Shown here in pieces: positions 9,199 to 21,725 of a stretch of 32,313 nt of DNA. The first letter of the stretch is position 1; the number at the start of each line of letters is the position of its first letter. This stretch comes from Octopus bimaculoides (taxonomy: Eukaryota): NCBI RefSeq assembly GCF_001194135.2, contig NC_068990.1:71207112-71239424 (forward strand). Reading direction: 5' to 3'. The position numbers and the translations under genes were made by a program. A model generated the notes under the pieces. The model did no database searches. It was given only the letters and a program-made list of their open reading frames with translations, and was not told where the DNA came from.

Positions 9199-12001
9199 AA
9201 AGTGAGGATTTCGCACTTTTACTAATTTCATTTTTACATAGCATAATTATTTCATAGAAGTTTTTTTTTACCGTGTCAAATATGCTAACTTAACTATTGC
9301 TATCCTTTGACTGTATTTGTCATGAGTATTGCTACGATTCATCGCTAATATTTTCACTTCTATAAAATAAAGAAAGCCGGTTTATGAAGAGAAAGAGAGA
9401 GAAGCGTGCGATAAAATTTTTATTTATTATTGGTATTATTTACGTCCTGATTTCAAATTCCGTCGAGATTATTCTTTTAGAAGTCTATAAATTAAGTAGC
9501 AGTCAAGTACCTGGTTCGATTTTTATTTATAGATCATACACGATAAATGTATGATTTTTGCTTATGTTAGAAATATTGCTATTTTGAAATATGGAACAAG
9601 CCGGAAAGGGATTTTACATCTTAATGCAGCAAAACCCATTTAACCGTGATTACTAACATACCGTTGGATGAGTCTGGAAAGGGCAAATTACCGTGTTAAA
9701 TGAAATTTAGATGATTTAAAAACTTTTAAACTTGCCCAACACCATGGCGAAGAAAGGACAATTATATGGATACTATGTTTATTTGCTTTTTTTTTCTTTC
9801 CTTTTTTCGTTAATAAAAAATGGGGAGTAGCAAGAACTTTTCCCCTTAATACTATTTAGATGGTTAGTATTTGTCAGTTTGTGAACCACTGTGTTAATAG
9901 ACGTTGTCGTACATGTAATAAAAGCTAAAATTTGTAGATGAAAAATAAGGGTTATATAGTGCTCATGTCTTTCTCAAAGGATTTTACAGATGTAAGTGAA
10001 ATGGTTACAACACGTGATCTAAAGCGATCAAATACTCAGCTTACTGAGAAATCCCCTCTACACTCAACTTGTATAATTTATTAAGGTGACATAAAGTTTG
10101 TGATTTGACTAGAGGAGAAAAGGTAAACAACGTTTCCATATATTGCAATTTACAAATAATTGTACCAATAAACCGCTATTTCTGTTTGCTTTACTGACAC
10201 ACCGTGTGATTTGGTTTGTCGTGAATTGTCAGAAACTGTAGCGCTTGAGTTACATGCTTCAATGCATTTATTTTCTGAGTTCATATTTGCCCAACTTTGC
10301 ATGCATTCTGTCCCTCTATGGATGATGGCATAAGCGCCAGGCATGTATTTTAGTTAATCTAATCGGCTACATCTCCATCCAGCTCACTGGTTGTGCGTTG
10401 AATGTGGTTGTAACAAGAAACTACAACAATAATGTTTTAAGTTCCAGTCAAATGTGCGTGAGAAGATCCAAAAAACACAGCTGTTGAATAAGAATCAACC
10501 CCAGCACATCAGATTTGCAGTGCTTCGGTAAGGTTTAGAAATCTGTGAAATCTTGCAGTATTAAGCATTATGTCAATGCAGTAGGACAAATTGAGCAGGT
10601 TCCATTCAGTTTGCTCTCCAATCATTGATTTGTCTGCAGATTTTGTAATTATTGTAACAAAGATAATCAAATAATTACAGGTTTAGTCTGAAGATTTCAG
10701 ATAGACGACAAGAGTTTGCAATAATATAGATCTTTCTTCGACGTGATGGCGGACAAAGTTTAAAACGATCTTGGTTTTATTAAACATAAAATTTTGTCTA
10801 CCTTTCTTCAATCTTTACGAGACCCCCCACCTCCACCCCTTTATAAGAAATACTAACTTATAGTATTGAGGCGACTCAGGGAAATGGAGAAACATGCCAG
10901 AGATGCTTTGCAGTAAGATCCATACTTCGATCGAACTAGAGCCACGAGTCCATTGATTTGCTACCCAATAAGTCAATGACTTTTTTTCCTCTATATTTTA
11001 GTTTAAATTTGTAATCATACAACAGCTTGGATAGTCCGTAAAGTGGGCGGGTAGTCAGGAAAAAAGAGAGATAACGTAATAAATAAGTAATAACTGTTGC
11101 ATAATGGTTTTAGTGGAACGTCGCAATTTGTTCAAAAGATGAATATAAAACACTGTACTTGTGAAAGCTAGAATCTTACCTAAGCACATCTTTTCAGAGA
11201 TGGCTAATGTAAACTTGTCAGGTTCATGTGTTTGACAATAGTATTAACATTCGAAACTAGAAACGTTCGCTAGATTACTTTTATTTTAAAGTGCATTTTA
11301 ATTACGGTAAATAATTTCATTAGAGAAAGAATGGAAAGGATCAAAACTATCAAATCATTTCTAACAGCTACAAGGTAGCATTTTGTCAGGAACCGTCTTT
11401 GTAATTCATAAGTCTTTTTTTTTTTTTACTGAGCTTTAAATATATAATTTACTTTCAGCCATTACAGGTTGTTCGTTACTCATGATGAAACGAACAAGCA
11501 AAGTTTTTAAATGAATAAAAAAGGAATAAAAGCATATTAGAAAAGGCTTTCAGACCAAAATTCAAATATGATACCTAAGATCCAGTTAAATTTTAAAATC
11601 TGTAAATATTTCTGTATCTCACGAATGGGTAAATTGCTTCAATTCTCTATTGCACTGAAAATGGTAATATTCCAACTTTTACACCAACTCTATAACTAAA
11701 CGAGCAAGTTGTTCATCGCAGCTAATCAATTACTATTAAACTTAGTTTATTAATATTATTTGTTTAAATGATTTTACAAGAGGAAATTGGAATATATATA
11801 TATATATATATGAGTTAGAGGTTAGACAGCCATCTAAGGGATAACAAATATCCAATATACTACTGGAAGTATACCTATTTATATCCAAATGCTTAATGTT
11901 GCAAGGCAATAGCACAATTGAATAGTAGGTATAAGAGAAGGTAAACAAAAGTTTATCCAGATCTATTTATTAATTACAATCATAGGAATAAATAAACACA
12001 T

Positions 12002-12016
12002 CTCTCTCTCTCTCTC

Positions 12017-12069
<53 letters not shown>

Positions 12070-12076
12070 GTATATA

Positions 12077-12107
<31 letters not shown>

Positions 12108-12108
12108 C
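12002..12108. repeat. Compound (CT)n(AT)n microsatellite
   Basis: Direct reading. Further (TA)n tracts at about 11794, 12969, 14129, 21497-21578, 23608, 23986, 25098 and 25606. Confidence 0.95.
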
Positions 12109-12959
12109 CGTATCTATGTAAGAGTTACAAAGCTGTCAGAAGGTTTTTAAATATTACTAGATTATGTATTGGGAGAGTAAAATTTTGGTGAAATTATGTT
12201 CAAGTTCCGTTATAGAAATTATTATTTATAATTAACTAAACGCATGTCATCGTTTCTTGTCGAACACGTTTCGTAGACAACTTTACATGAATAAAACTTT
12301 AAATATAATTGTTTAAAAAATTGTAATTTAATCTGAAACCAGCAAATCAGCTGAAGAGCGATGAAGTTGATACAATTCAATAGACTGTCAATAATACTGA
12401 TTTGTGAATATGTCCTATATCTAATGGCTATAAACAAAACAGTTTTACGCTAAGTTTTATGACAAATTATACTGAATCAGTAAGGTTAATTTCAAAAACC
12501 AAATCTTCTGTTGATTTATTATGTTACAAACCCAAATTTTTGTTCATTTATAACATTAGAAATCAAAATTAAGTTTTAGGTTTGGCAATGAAACTAACAA
12601 GAAACCAGATAAAAAAGACTTGTTGGAAGCCATATTCTGCGCATGTATTTCCTTCCTCTCCATTGGGTGACGTGGAAAATAAAAATCTGCACGGGAGTCT
12701 TGCATTAAAAATAATAAGAAATAACACAGATAAATGGTTTCTCTTGAATACATACGACTGAAGAACTCTAGAAAAAAAAAAAAAAATTTTTTTTTCTTTT
12801 CTTATAAAATATTTAATTTGTCCACTGCTCGAGGTGATGGTTATTTTGACTGTGCAGTTTAAAATTTAGTTTATATTTTGCAATATTATATTAAATTTTA
12901 GTTAATTCTTTATATTTTTAATTATCTTCACATGTTTCAATAAATTTGAATAAACACAC

Positions 12960-13005
<46 letters not shown>

Positions 13006-13429
13006 AATTAATCCGTGTTATAAGGTTCAACAAAGAATACTCATTTGGCAAGAGTAAAATATTTTATACTATCACCTCACATGCATAAATAAGTTTATAA
13101 ATTACGCATAGAATAAATGAATGCAGTATGACTTAATCACCCAATGGAACTTGTAAGGTTTAATAGATAAAAACGTAAAGTTCTTGCATTTCTCCACGAA
13201 CATGCATTGCTCAAAACTTGTACCCGTCACATAATAACTTAAGTTTTTTTTTATATCTGATAAAATGCGTATAAAAATAAATTTGAAAAAGTACTATATT
13301 CATAATATATTCCATTAAAAAAATAAATAAATTGAAGACAAAACCGCTTCCGTAGCTTTTCAATCCTTTTGCAATATTTAATATTCGATGTACGAATCTA
13401 AGAGAAATAATTCACTCTTTTTGTTAATA

Positions 13430-14100
13430 GGAATATATTTACACAGAGAACATAGCAATGGCGGTTACCGGTTAGCACCGGGATGTTTACTTAGCCTCAT
13501 TCTGAAAGTGTGGCGGCAGTAGAATAACAGGAAAATGGTGGATACCAAAAACAAGCGAAATTCTTTAATATTTATTTATTCTCTGAAAATTTGACTACAT
13601 TTTGGAGCTACAGGTATATAGGTAAATATCCAATCTAACTATATCCAATGTGTGCTAAGTTTGATAATAAGCCGAAACGTTTTGAGATCAGCATATATCG
13701 TTGTTTTTACTTGTCAGCGAAGACTGGTCCCTTCTAACACGGCGATGAAAATAGCACCTACCTTGCTTTATTATATTTTTATTTGCAAGGGGATCAGATT
13801 GTCGTTGTAGCTATATTAAGTGGTAGAAAGCTTTTAAGATTTTCACGATCAAAATTATCCTCTTTTGTTTCCCCTGCGATTCAGCTTGTGATAGATGATA
13901 ATGTGAGGTAGAAGCTCGTTCGCTTTTCTCTGCAAAGCAACTATCTTTTGCTTTGCACGCATTTATGCATTTTCTCTGCAACTATCGAACTTCTCTCCGA
14001 AAGCTGCATTATGGTTGATATTCGTCTGCTGGCGATCATATTTATTTCCGAATCTGAGCAAGTTAGGTTTAGAACATAATTTGAGATCAGTATATTTTTT
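13430..14100. promoter_or_regulatory. CpG-rich candidate promoter/first-exon region upstream of GON4L
   Basis: Dense CpG compared with the downstream gene body. YY1-like cores ATGGCGG (13458-13464) and AAAATGG (about 13532-13538). Possible donor cag|GTATAT at 13614. TSS not determinable from sequence. Confidence 0.35.
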
Positions 14101-15105
14101 AAACACTGGTTTTATTCCATCATGAAATTATATATATATATATGCATATATATATATGCATGTTCGGTGTGTTGTTTTTAAAGAGTTAAGTGTGGGTTCG
14201 AGTATTGTGTTTGAATATATAATATTGCTTATATTGAGAATTATTTCAAGTATTTAATGATGTTTCAATCGGTAAAAGTAAATTCACCTAGATACTATAA
14301 CATTTATGGTCTCTTAAATATTGTGGACAACAAAGACGTATCAAATTAGTTTATCATTAGCATACAGAAAGGTCCTGTAGTACTATATTCACGTATTTTA
14401 TCAAGAACATTACATATATAGTAGTCGGTTATAAAATAACGACTATTCAAAGTTGTTTGTTAAATAATGCGTATATTCTATGTGTTTGTAGTGATTCTTA
14501 TTTTTTTTCAACTGAAGGGGTTTGGCTATTGTTCAAATTTAACCTAGTAATCAGCTATTACCCTACAAGTTTAGCAAATTTCAGCACCCACCGTACAGTT
14601 GATATTTTCTTCAAACATAATACCGTATTTATATGTTTTAGTTGTTGTAATATTTTTCTTGTTTTTTTAAATTTCTCCCATTATGGACAGTATCGTGGTA
14701 TGGATTATAATTATTTGAATGTTTTATCTTATTTTTTTTTTTTGCAGGAAATTGTTCACATGCGAAGTTTATCTCAGCATCATAAGTTCTTTGTCATCAA
14801 TTGTCATACAGTAACAACTGCTACAATATAATTATTTCTTACAGGAACAAAACCTTAAATTCATAATTAATGGAGTACATTGAATTATGGGGGTCTAACT
14901 TTAAAAAAAAAATATTTTCCATATAAAAATATTAGCTATTATTTAAGTGAAGGCTTCTGCTATTTGAAACTGTCATAACATCTTCGTTATGAAAGTGAAA
15001 TTAAAATGTTTCAAAGAAGCTAATTTTTCTGAATTGCTCTCTTTAACAGTGTTGCTGACAATGTATTTCCATCAAATAATAATAATCCTCTCTACAATAG
15101 ATATA

Positions 15106-15250
15106 AGGCCTGCAATTTTGGAAGAGGGGTCTTGTTGATTACACCGGCCCTGAAAGGATGAAAAGCAAAGTTGAACTCAAAACATAAAGATCCGAAAGAA
15201 ATGTCGCTAAGCATTGCGTCCGACACGCTAACGATTCTACTAACCTTCTC
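15106..15250 (-). mobile_element. SINE family A, internally deleted
   Basis: Reverse complement matches 7758-7876 (gaaaggatgaaa.gcaaag, gctaagcatt, gctaacg.ttct). (AAT)n tail on the left. Confidence 0.7.
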
Positions 15251-15295
15251 TACTACTACTACTAATGATAATAATAATAATCCTACTATACGTAT

Positions 15296-15483
15296 AGGAC
15301 CTGACTTTGTGGGGAGTGATCTAGTTGATTACATCGATTTCAGTGCTTGACTGGTATTTATTTAAACAAGCCTGGAAGAATTGAAAGGCAAAGTCAACTT
15401 TGGTGGAATTTGAACTCAGAATGTAAAGACAGAAGAGATGCTGCTAAGCATTTTGTTCGATGCACTAACGGTTCTACCAGCTT
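15296..15483 (-). mobile_element. SINE family A
   Basis: Reverse complement matches the family (ggaatttgaactcaga, gctaagcatttt, gcactaacggttct). Confidence 0.8.
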
Positions 15484-16389
15484 TCAATAATAATAATAAT
15501 AATAATAATGCAGTTGCAGAAGTTATTTGTTTTCTGTTTTGCCCATTTATGAAACATTTTAATATCATCATAAATGTTATACATTTATGTCAACCAACAA
15601 CTAACGCTGCTCTACTTGCTCTCTTACCCAATTCCTGTCAATGCTCTTTAATGTATAATTAAATCAAAATATCGGCTAATAACAGTTTAATGCTTTAATG
15701 ACCAAATCAAATATTATCATTGTTACCATGACAACCAAATTTCCAGAAAATGTCTGTACAAACTGTCACATGTTTAGGATGTCACATTGCCTTCCCCTGG
15801 TCCTAACACTGCATGATGAGGTGTGCAGTAGAGTTCCACACCATACTACAGCACAACTTTTAAACAACTCTATGTCCTCAGTCTCCTCACACACACAACT
15901 GATTGGAACATTCAACATTACTGATTTGTCACATTTGGAACATGGTCATAAATAGAAGTGGTATAGTCAATTGATTTAAGTATGACTGGTATTATATTGA
16001 CTTTGGATTTCTTAACCTCTCTGTTTTGTAACTAGCAACACAGTAGATAGTAACAGAAGTAATGAGAAAGCTGATTCAGATGATTGATGGTGGTAATTGA
16101 TGCATAATTGGATGACTGACAAAGTTTATCATGACAGCATGTGAAATGAGAATGAACTGTTGAATACGGAGTCTTCAATTTCACTGCCTTACTTACTGTA
16201 TATCGTCAAAAAGAATAATACTTTTGTATTCTAGAATTTATTCTATCAGAAGAAATCTATTATTGCTTTAAATAGTTGAATGTTTCATGAGAATATTCTT
16301 CTAAGATCTTTTTGAAATTCCACTTCCCAGTTCTTCTCTGGTCCACTTCTGTTTTGTAGAGGATGTTCTCTACCATCTTAAAGTACTTT

Positions 16390-16640
16390 ATCATCACCAC
16401 TGCCACTATCGTTGTCACCATTATTTTAACATCTACTTCTCCGTGCTTGCATGGGTCAGATGTAAGTATATTGAGGTAGATTTTGGTCAGATGCCCTTCC
16501 TGTCGGCAACCTTTATCTGTTTCCCTCCAGCCAGACATTTTTGCAGAATTTTAGAATGCAATGACACTGCTTGTGATGACAGTGACATTCATTTACAATA
16601 AACATACAATGTCAAGACAAGGTGATACAAACATACACAC
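16390..16640 (-). mobile_element. Degenerate RTE-LINE 3'-tail fragment
   Basis: Similar to 21101-21236 (ttt aac.tc..ctt..c.tgct.gcatgggt, gatgcccttcct), preceded by a decayed (CAT)n tail. Confidence 0.5.
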
Positions 16641-16654
16641 ATACATAGGATGGG

Positions 16655-16800
16655 GTTCTTTCAGTTTCCATCAAGCAAATTCACTCGCAAAACTTTAGTT
16701 GGCCTAGGGCTATAGTAGAAGACACTGATCGAAAGTGCCATGCTGTGGGACTCCTAAAACCATGTAGTTGGGAAGCAAACTTGTTAACCACACAGCCATG
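16655..16800 (-). mobile_element. tRNA-type SINE family B
   Basis: Reverse complement matches 23660-23800 and 28840-28929 (ggctgtgtggt.a..ag.ttgctt.cca, gtgtcttctactatagcc, ggaaactgaaagaa). Confidence 0.75.
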
Positions 16801-17985
16801 CATTCTGAAATCAGTTGTATTCAGTCTGTCTGCCAAGTTTACATTACTCAACCAATGTTTCTTGAAGAAGAAGAAGGTATGGATCATATTGTGGTCAGTA
16901 ATTCTTTCTTCGCAGCTCATATAGGACTCCTGCCTTCTTTGTTGCAGTGTACATCTGTTGGTATTTGTGAAGACATCTGCTGAGAGTTGGAGATGTCAAC
17001 AGGAATGTTGAACCTTCCACAACCACTGGAAATATTAGCATCACAGAGATCTCCAAATAATCCATGTAACCAGATGCCCTCTGGCTACCATTGAAGGAAT
17101 CGGTAGGAATTAGTGAGTAAAGTGTAATAGAGTGAATGAAGTTTCATTAACCATATACAATTATCATTGTTTTAAAGTTCATTTTTCCATGCTGACAGAT
17201 GAAACTTATTGAGGCAGTTTTTCTATGGTTGGCAGCTCTTTCTGTTAACACTGCTTACCTGTTTTCAAGTCAGATAATATTTTCCCTTGGCCTTCAAACA
17301 ATGAACAGCTCAATGACTGGACATGTTTTCATGCCAGGTTGTAAACACTGATACTGTTTGTGTAGGCACTGATTTTGTTTTTATACAGCTCACTAACAAC
17401 TTCAAGACAAGGGGAAAATAGAAGCACACACACACATATGACAGGTATTTTACAATTTCTATCTTCCAATTCCCTTCTCACGAAGAATTGGTCAGTAGAT
17501 GACATCTGCCCTCTGGCGCACACTGTGAATTAACCCTAAACCACATAGTTACAAAGCAAACTTCTGATCTGCTTTTCAGGCACATGGTTTTGCTTGAAGC
17601 AAACCCAGTTACAAGGATTGATCACTGCTGGATTGGCCATAATATGGGCTTCTTTAGATTCTAAGCTTTTTACATATACAATTAAATACTGGCATGAAAA
17701 TCTAGTAATAAATTGTCAATTATTAAATTAATGATTTTAAATAATTAGATTTTTAGATATTTCCTTTGTTGTAATCATTTTTATTTATTTTTTCTCATTT
17801 CAGCTTCAAGAACTAAAGATCTCAAATATCAACTTAATCATTTATCCAATCTTTTTTCAATGAGTTTTCAAAGATGCATGGAAATTGGAAGACAGAACTT
17901 TTGACTTTAAAGGGCATTTTTACAATTGTTTAAATTATGTTTTGGTTTAAATTCCTGCAATGATTCGGAAGAAATATTTAATGAA

Positions 17986-19475
17986 ATGCCAGAATTTTTC
18001 TCTCCAATTGAATATAAAAAGAAAAGGAGAAATCTCTCATTTTCTCAAAGAAGCCATTACTATCGGCCTTATAGAGAAATGAAAGCTCGTAAAAACACTT
18101 TGGCATTTCATAAATCTTGTCGTATATTTAAAGCTAAGTCAGTGTTGAAACTGAAAAAATTTCTCTCTAGCAATACCTGTTCCAAAGAACACAGAACAGT
18201 GCCCAACAGTATGGATGAGAAAGAAGTTGATTTTGTGGTGATTGAGTCTTGTGAAGATCATGGTAATGATAAATTAGTCAAGAAGATTGATGTCTGTTCT
18301 CCTCGAGAAGATGATTACAAGAATGGCAGCAACAGTGCTGAGAAATTACTTGTCACTGCAGCAAAACAAGTAGAGAAATCTCCTGAAATCTTATCGGCAA
18401 CAAAAAAGATAACGGAAATGCACTCAGTTAGTGCCAATGTAGAAAGTGATTCTGTGGTTGATACAGCAGTTGTTGACATTGAAGCAGAAGAAAATAAGAC
18501 AGAAGAGAGTTGTGACCAGTCAGCTGTAGAATGCCAGGTTGCCAATATTGATGCTGAACCAGTTGAATTGTTAAATGAAGCTGAAAAGAAAGAGATTTCA
18601 TCTGAAGTAGAGAACAAAATAATTGAGGCTAATCTTGATAATCAATCTAATTTTCACAGTAATCTCAAAGAAGATGGTAAAATTAGTGAGGTATCTTTTC
18701 ATCAGAGAAACTTAGAAGATATTACTGGTACTATAGAAAACAATATAATTCCCGATACACTTAAAAACCAGGATAAAAATGGTGTTAGGGAACTTCCGAT
18801 GGATTATAGCAATGAAAAGCAAATTAATCAAGTAAAAAATTATTCGTCTAAAAATAATTCTTCTGCATCCAATCATGGATCTATTGTTGTAGATAAAGAA
18901 AAATCAAAGTCTAGTTCCAGCAGAACTTGTAGGAGAGTGTGCAAAAAATCTGACTTGGCTAGCAACAATCAACAAAGGCAGCAACCAGAGGTGAAAGCAA
19001 AAAATGAAAATAACCAAGATTTTTTAGCTAGAACTGATTGTGTTGCAGAGAACTCTGCAAGTGGCAATGACACTTGTCTTTCTCCAAGAAGTGTCATTGT
19101 TATTCCTCCAAAGACACCCCCTTCCAAATCCACATCCAAACCTTTGAGAAACAGAACTAAGTATTTGCAGTGTCAAAAGAAAAGTTTTAAATTAAAAGAT
19201 TCAGTTTTATCAAAACCTAGCTTGTCTGTGATAAAAAAGCCAACATTCTCAGATTCTAGTGGAATGTCTAACAAGACTTTTGCTACTAACAAGTCTGGTC
19301 AGTTGGACTGTGTCCAAAACCAGCCAGATTTTCAGTTCATCAGTGATGAACTAAATTTTCTAAATTCAGAAAGTGGGAAGTTAGCAACCCAGCTTCACAA
19401 ATCAGACAAACAGAAGAGACTAGAAAGAAAGAGGAAAGGATCTTTCATTCGTAGTATTTTGAAGAAAAATTTAGG
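17986..19475 (+). CDS. GON4L: Large, probably first coding exon of GON4L-like gene; low-complexity Ser/Glu/Lys/Asn-rich N-terminus
   Basis: 517-codon stop-free frame (17926-19479) in AT-rich DNA. Strong acceptor tttttctcatttcAG| at 17802-17803. First in-frame ATG at 17986. Donor G|GTAAGT at 19476 in phase 2, matching the phase of the next exon. Identity is inferred from the spliced-on exon; this segment has no motif I recognise. Confidence 0.7.
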
Positions 19476-19720
19476 GTAAGTATGTTAAATGGTAATTCCT
19501 CTTGTGCACAGAGAGTAGAGGTAATTAAAATGATGTACATATTCATTCTTGATGCATTCTTCAATGATGAAATTGAACAGGAATTAGCATATTCAGGTTC
19601 GAATTTGCTGCACTGTATTAAGAATGAATATGTACATCATTAGGAAGTGCTTCAGCATGGTCGCAGTCAAATGACTGAAATAAGTAAAAGAATGAAACAA
19701 ACCCATTATTTTATATAAAT

Positions 19721-20155
19721 CATCGTTTGACGTCTACCTTCCATGCTGGCATGGGTTGGATGGTCTGACGAGCTGGCCAAGTAGAAGACTATCCCAAGCT
19801 GCTGTGTCTATTTTGGCATGGTTTTTTATGGCTAGATGCCTTCTTAACACCTACCACCCTGCAGAGTGGACTCAGTGATTTTTATGTGGCACTAGCACAG
19901 GTGAGGTCAGTTTTGGCATGGTTTTTACAGCTGGATGCCCTTCCAAATGCCACCCACTTCACAGTGTGGACTGGATACTTTTTACATGGCACCAACACTG
20001 GCAGGGTCACCAAGTAACTTGCAAGACAAGGAATTTTGAGAGGTGAGGTGGCATTGGTGGAAATGATCTTGTATCAGATGATGAAATGTTAGAGTGTGAC
20101 AGAGAGAGAGAGAGAGGCAGAAACAGGTGTCTTGCTGTGGAGCAGATACATGGTA
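19721..20155 (-). mobile_element. RTE-LINE 3'UTR fragment with internal two-unit tandem repeat
   Basis: catcgtttgacgtc..ttccatgctggcatgggttgga matches 21102-21141. The unit ttttggcatggttttt..gct.gatgcc is repeated at about 19811 and 19911. Confidence 0.7.
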
Positions 20156-20866
20156 AAATTAATAAAGATCCAATTTATTCCTTGTACATGATACTAAACT
20201 TCTGTGAAATGTATGTACAATTGTCCCATTGGCTGAACTGTTGGAATTTTGTTAATACTTTGGCAACATACCTGATGCTAAATGCCTACCATTTGCCTGT
20301 GTTTTGTTGAAGAGCATGAATGACTGGATTGAATGATACCAGACAACCAAATGAGTTTGGTGGTTCATATGGCACTGTAAATAGATTTATTTAGGTTGTT
20401 GATTATCTCAGACATAGGCAATTTCCTCATGTTTCATCTGATTAATTTAACAAACTGAATTTCTAGTTTCCATTCCTTTCACAAGAGACATAACTTTCAC
20501 TCTCCTTGTCTCTTTCTTATCTCTCCTCTCTTAAGCTTCCAGGCTATTTAGAACTTTGCTCATGGGATTGACTCTCTCTCTCTCTCTGGAAGAAATTACT
20601 TGTTAGTTTTGGAGAGGGTTACACTTTGCTAGGTTTAGATGCCCCAAGGCATGTTGTATGTCACAGGCCTTATGATTCCATCAAAATTTGATGCTGGCAA
20701 GGCAACAGAGCTAAGCAACATCTATTTATGTCAATATGTGTTGTATTTCATCCAACTCCAGCTGATACTGGAATAAGTAAACTATTGTTGAAAATGTGAA
20801 AGAAAAAGAAATTAACTGCAATATTCTTAGGTTTAATGATATAAAATTTCTCTTTTTAAATTTTAG

Positions 20867-21053
20867 TGCCAAAAGAAGTAAAAAGTCTGAAAGAACGACA
20901 AACCCTCCTCCTGAGAAGTCAGATACAGAATCTTCTGAATTAGATTTGGAAATTGATTCAAGTTCTGACTTTGAATTTGAGATGGATCGGAGGCTGGAAG
21001 AGAATGCTCGCAAGAACAACCTTAGTGTAATGAATGTCAAAAGTATACTTCAT
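20867..21053 (+). CDS. GON4L: GON4L-like exon (…MDRRLEENARKNNLSVMNVKSILH)
   Basis: Acceptor ttttAG at 20865-20866, donor GTAAGT at 21054, phase 2 in and 0 out. The C-terminal motif matches the recalled vertebrate GON4L/YY1AP1 block [24 protein letters not shown]. Confidence 0.85.
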
Positions 21054-21073
21054 GTAAGTAATCTCAAAAGTTG

Positions 21074-21105
<32 letters not shown>

Positions 21106-21254
21106 GTTTAACGTCCGCTTTCCATGCTAGCATGGGTTGGACGATTTGACTGAGGACTGGTGAAACCGGATGGCAACACCAGGCTCCAATCTGATTTGGC
21201 AGAGTTTCTACAGATGGATGCCCTTCCTAACGCCAAACCCTTCCTAACGCCAAC
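21074..21254 (-). mobile_element. Young RTE-LINE 3'-tail (or RTE-derived SINE) with (GAT)n tail
   Basis: (CAT)10 at 21074-21104. The body is the reverse complement of 28675-28810. CpGs retained. Confidence 0.85.
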
Positions 21255-21499
21255 TTGTATGGTGGTAGTTGTGGTAGGGTGATGATTGTTGTATGGCAAA
21301 AAGTTCCCATGACTCTATGGTGTTTACTGTGCTATGACAGTAACTTCTCTACAATTTACTTTTCATTTCCTAGTTATAACTATTTCACTTTATATCTTTA
21401 TGTCTATGTAACCAACATCTGTAAGCTACAGTTATGCTTGGGTAGGGCTAACAGGCTATGCAACAATAGCTGACATCAACAGTCTAGCTAGTCAATGTA

Positions 21500-21532
<33 letters not shown>

Positions 21533-21579
21533 GTGTGTGTATGTGGGTGTGTGTATGTATGTGGGTGTGTATATATATT

Positions 21580-21725
21580 AATGTCTGTTTTCCATGCTAG
21601 CATGGATTGGATGATTTGTCAAAGGTTGATAAGCCAGAGGACTGTTCCAAGCTCCATTGTCTGTTTTGGCATAGTTTCTATGCTTGGTGCCCTTCCTAAT
21701 GGCAATCACTTTACAGAGTGTACAT
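21580..21725 (-). mobile_element. Older RTE-LINE 3'-tail fragment
   Basis: tttccatgctagcatgg.ttgga...gtttcta...gcccttcctaa, as in 21119-21230. Confidence 0.7.

Noticed and set aside
12556-12753. 65-aa minus-strand ORF and nearby TGACGTGG as a divergent gene start
   Set aside because: No recognisable homology or convincing splice sites; short ORFs like this are expected by chance.
13904-13960. TGAGGTAG let-7-like start, and C/D-box-like words around 13890-14060
   Set aside because: Only 8 nt match let-7 with no complementary star arm, and box C is non-canonical; no RNA gene call supported.
18315-18617. 100-aa minus-strand ORF
   Set aside because: Antisense shadow of the large coding exon.
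21054-21149. Poly-His tract extending ORF 20796-21149
   Set aside because: Read-through past a consensus GTAAGT donor into the (CAT)n tail of an antisense RTE insert.
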